DNA of 64,000 nt from an uncultured Bacteroides sp. (lineage in GTDB: Bacteria > Bacteroidota > Bacteroidia > Bacteroidales > GCA-2748055): contig CAYXUD010000008.1 in assembly GCA_964467775.1 (NCBI GenBank), positions 20,951 through 84,950 on the forward strand, in the 5' to 3' direction. Below the pieces are notes generated by a model, which saw only the letters and a program-made list of their open reading frames with translations, was not told where the DNA came from and did no database searches. Made by a program: the position numbers and the translations under genes. This document shows positions 63,318 to 64,000 of the stretch, piece by piece (position 1 is the stretch's first letter; every line of letters starts with the position of its first letter).

Positions 63318-64000
63318 ATGACCTCCTGGGAGATACGAAGATCATTTCTGGACTACTTTAAGGAGAAAAATCACAGGATTGTCCCTTCCGCCCCCATGGT
63401 CCTCAGGGACGATCCCACGCTCATGTTCACCAATGCGGGCATGAACCAGTTCAAGGACTATTTCCTGGGGAACCGGAGGCCCGCTGCACGGCGGATCGCG
63501 GATACCCAGAAGTGCCTGCGCGTAACCGGCAAGCACAATGACCTGGAGGAGGTGGGTCATGACACTTACCACCATACCATGTTCGAAATGCTGGGGAACT
63601 GGTCCTTCGGGGACTATTTCAAAAAGGAGGCCATTGCCTGGGCATGGGAGTTCCTGACCGGCCGGATGAAACTGGATCCCGCGCGCATTTGCGTCACGGT
63701 ATTTGAAGGGGACCCGGCCGAAGGGGTGGAAAGTGACCGGGAGGCATATGAACTCTGGAACCAGCTGCTCCCCGGGGAACGAATCCTCATGGGGAGCAAA
63801 AAGGATAATTTCTGGGAAATGGGGGATACCGGGCCCTGTGGCCCGTGCTCCGAGATTCACCTGGACCTGAGGGATGAGCAGGAACGCGGTGAGGTGGACG
63901 GCGTGACACTTGTGAACCGCAACCATCCGCTTGTGATCGAGATCTGGAACCTGGTATTCATCCAGTTCAACCGGAAGGCAGGCGGCCGGCTGGAAAGCCT
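63318..64000 (+). CDS. alaS: alanine--tRNA ligase, N-terminal part (runs off the right edge)
   Basis: Not in the ORF track because it is edge-truncated. My translation reads [51 protein letters not shown]...[18 protein letters not shown], the classic AlaRS N-terminus. Confidence 0.92.
   Translation, partial: MTSWEIRRSFLDYFKEKNHRIVPSAPMVLRDDPTLMFTNAGMNQFKDYFLGNRRPAARRIADTQKCLRVTGKHNDLEEVGHDTYHHTMFEMLGNWSFGDYFKKEAIAWAWEFLTGRMKLDPARICVTVFEGDPAEGVESDREAYELWNQLLPGERILMGSKKDNFWEMGDTGPCGPCSEIHLDLRDEQERGEVDGVTLVNRNHPLVIEIWNLVFIQFNRKAGGRLES

Noticed and set aside
1-64000. Searched by eye for CRISPR arrays, integrases or transposases, toxin-antitoxin pairs, reverse transcriptases, phage genes and rRNA.
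   Set aside because: None was recognised. The only mobile-element trace is the att-like repeat at tRNA-Val.

Overview
Dense, mostly GC-rich chromosomal window from a Bacteroidota-type genome. Support for that placement: type IX secretion and gliding genes (gldJ, a PorP/SprF-family gene, porU, porV), several exact TAnnTTTG -7 promoter boxes 17-26 nt upstream of start codons, and many lipoprotein or signal-peptide proteins. All calls come from reading the sequence and ORF track and recognising motifs; no searches were run.

About 57 protein genes, one tRNA-Val(UAC) and one TPP riboswitch. I saw no CRISPR array, rRNA, integrase or transposase.

Housekeeping genes recognised: murF, folC, ispF, hutU, the alaS 5' end, selD/yedF, thioredoxin, a CCA-adding-type nucleotidyltransferase, an acyl-CoA ligase and an inositol monophosphatase-family gene.

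Most worth a second look:
1. 7.0-17.0 kb: a sigma-54 enhancer-binding regulator and a histidine kinase with no periplasmic domain. They lie divergent from a membrane-fusion/TolC pair that has no inner-membrane pump. Directly downstream are three envelope proteins I cannot assign to any family, ending at a strong terminator. A GGCAC-N6-TGC sigma-54-like element sits just upstream of these three genes. This is my best candidate for an undescribed system.
2. A yedF-selD operon that continues into an unknown 2-TM protein and a CaCA-type antiporter.
3. A tight PIN-PhoH / SixA / Nudix trio.
4. Three tandem M23 peptidase paralogs next to alaS, all with intact catalytic motifs.
5. An AT-rich islet beside tRNA-Val, with a 14-nt duplicate of the tRNA 3' end.
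6. A clear TPP riboswitch in front of a TonB-dependent receptor.

Many long antisense ORFs in the track are GC-driven shadow ORFs and were ignored.
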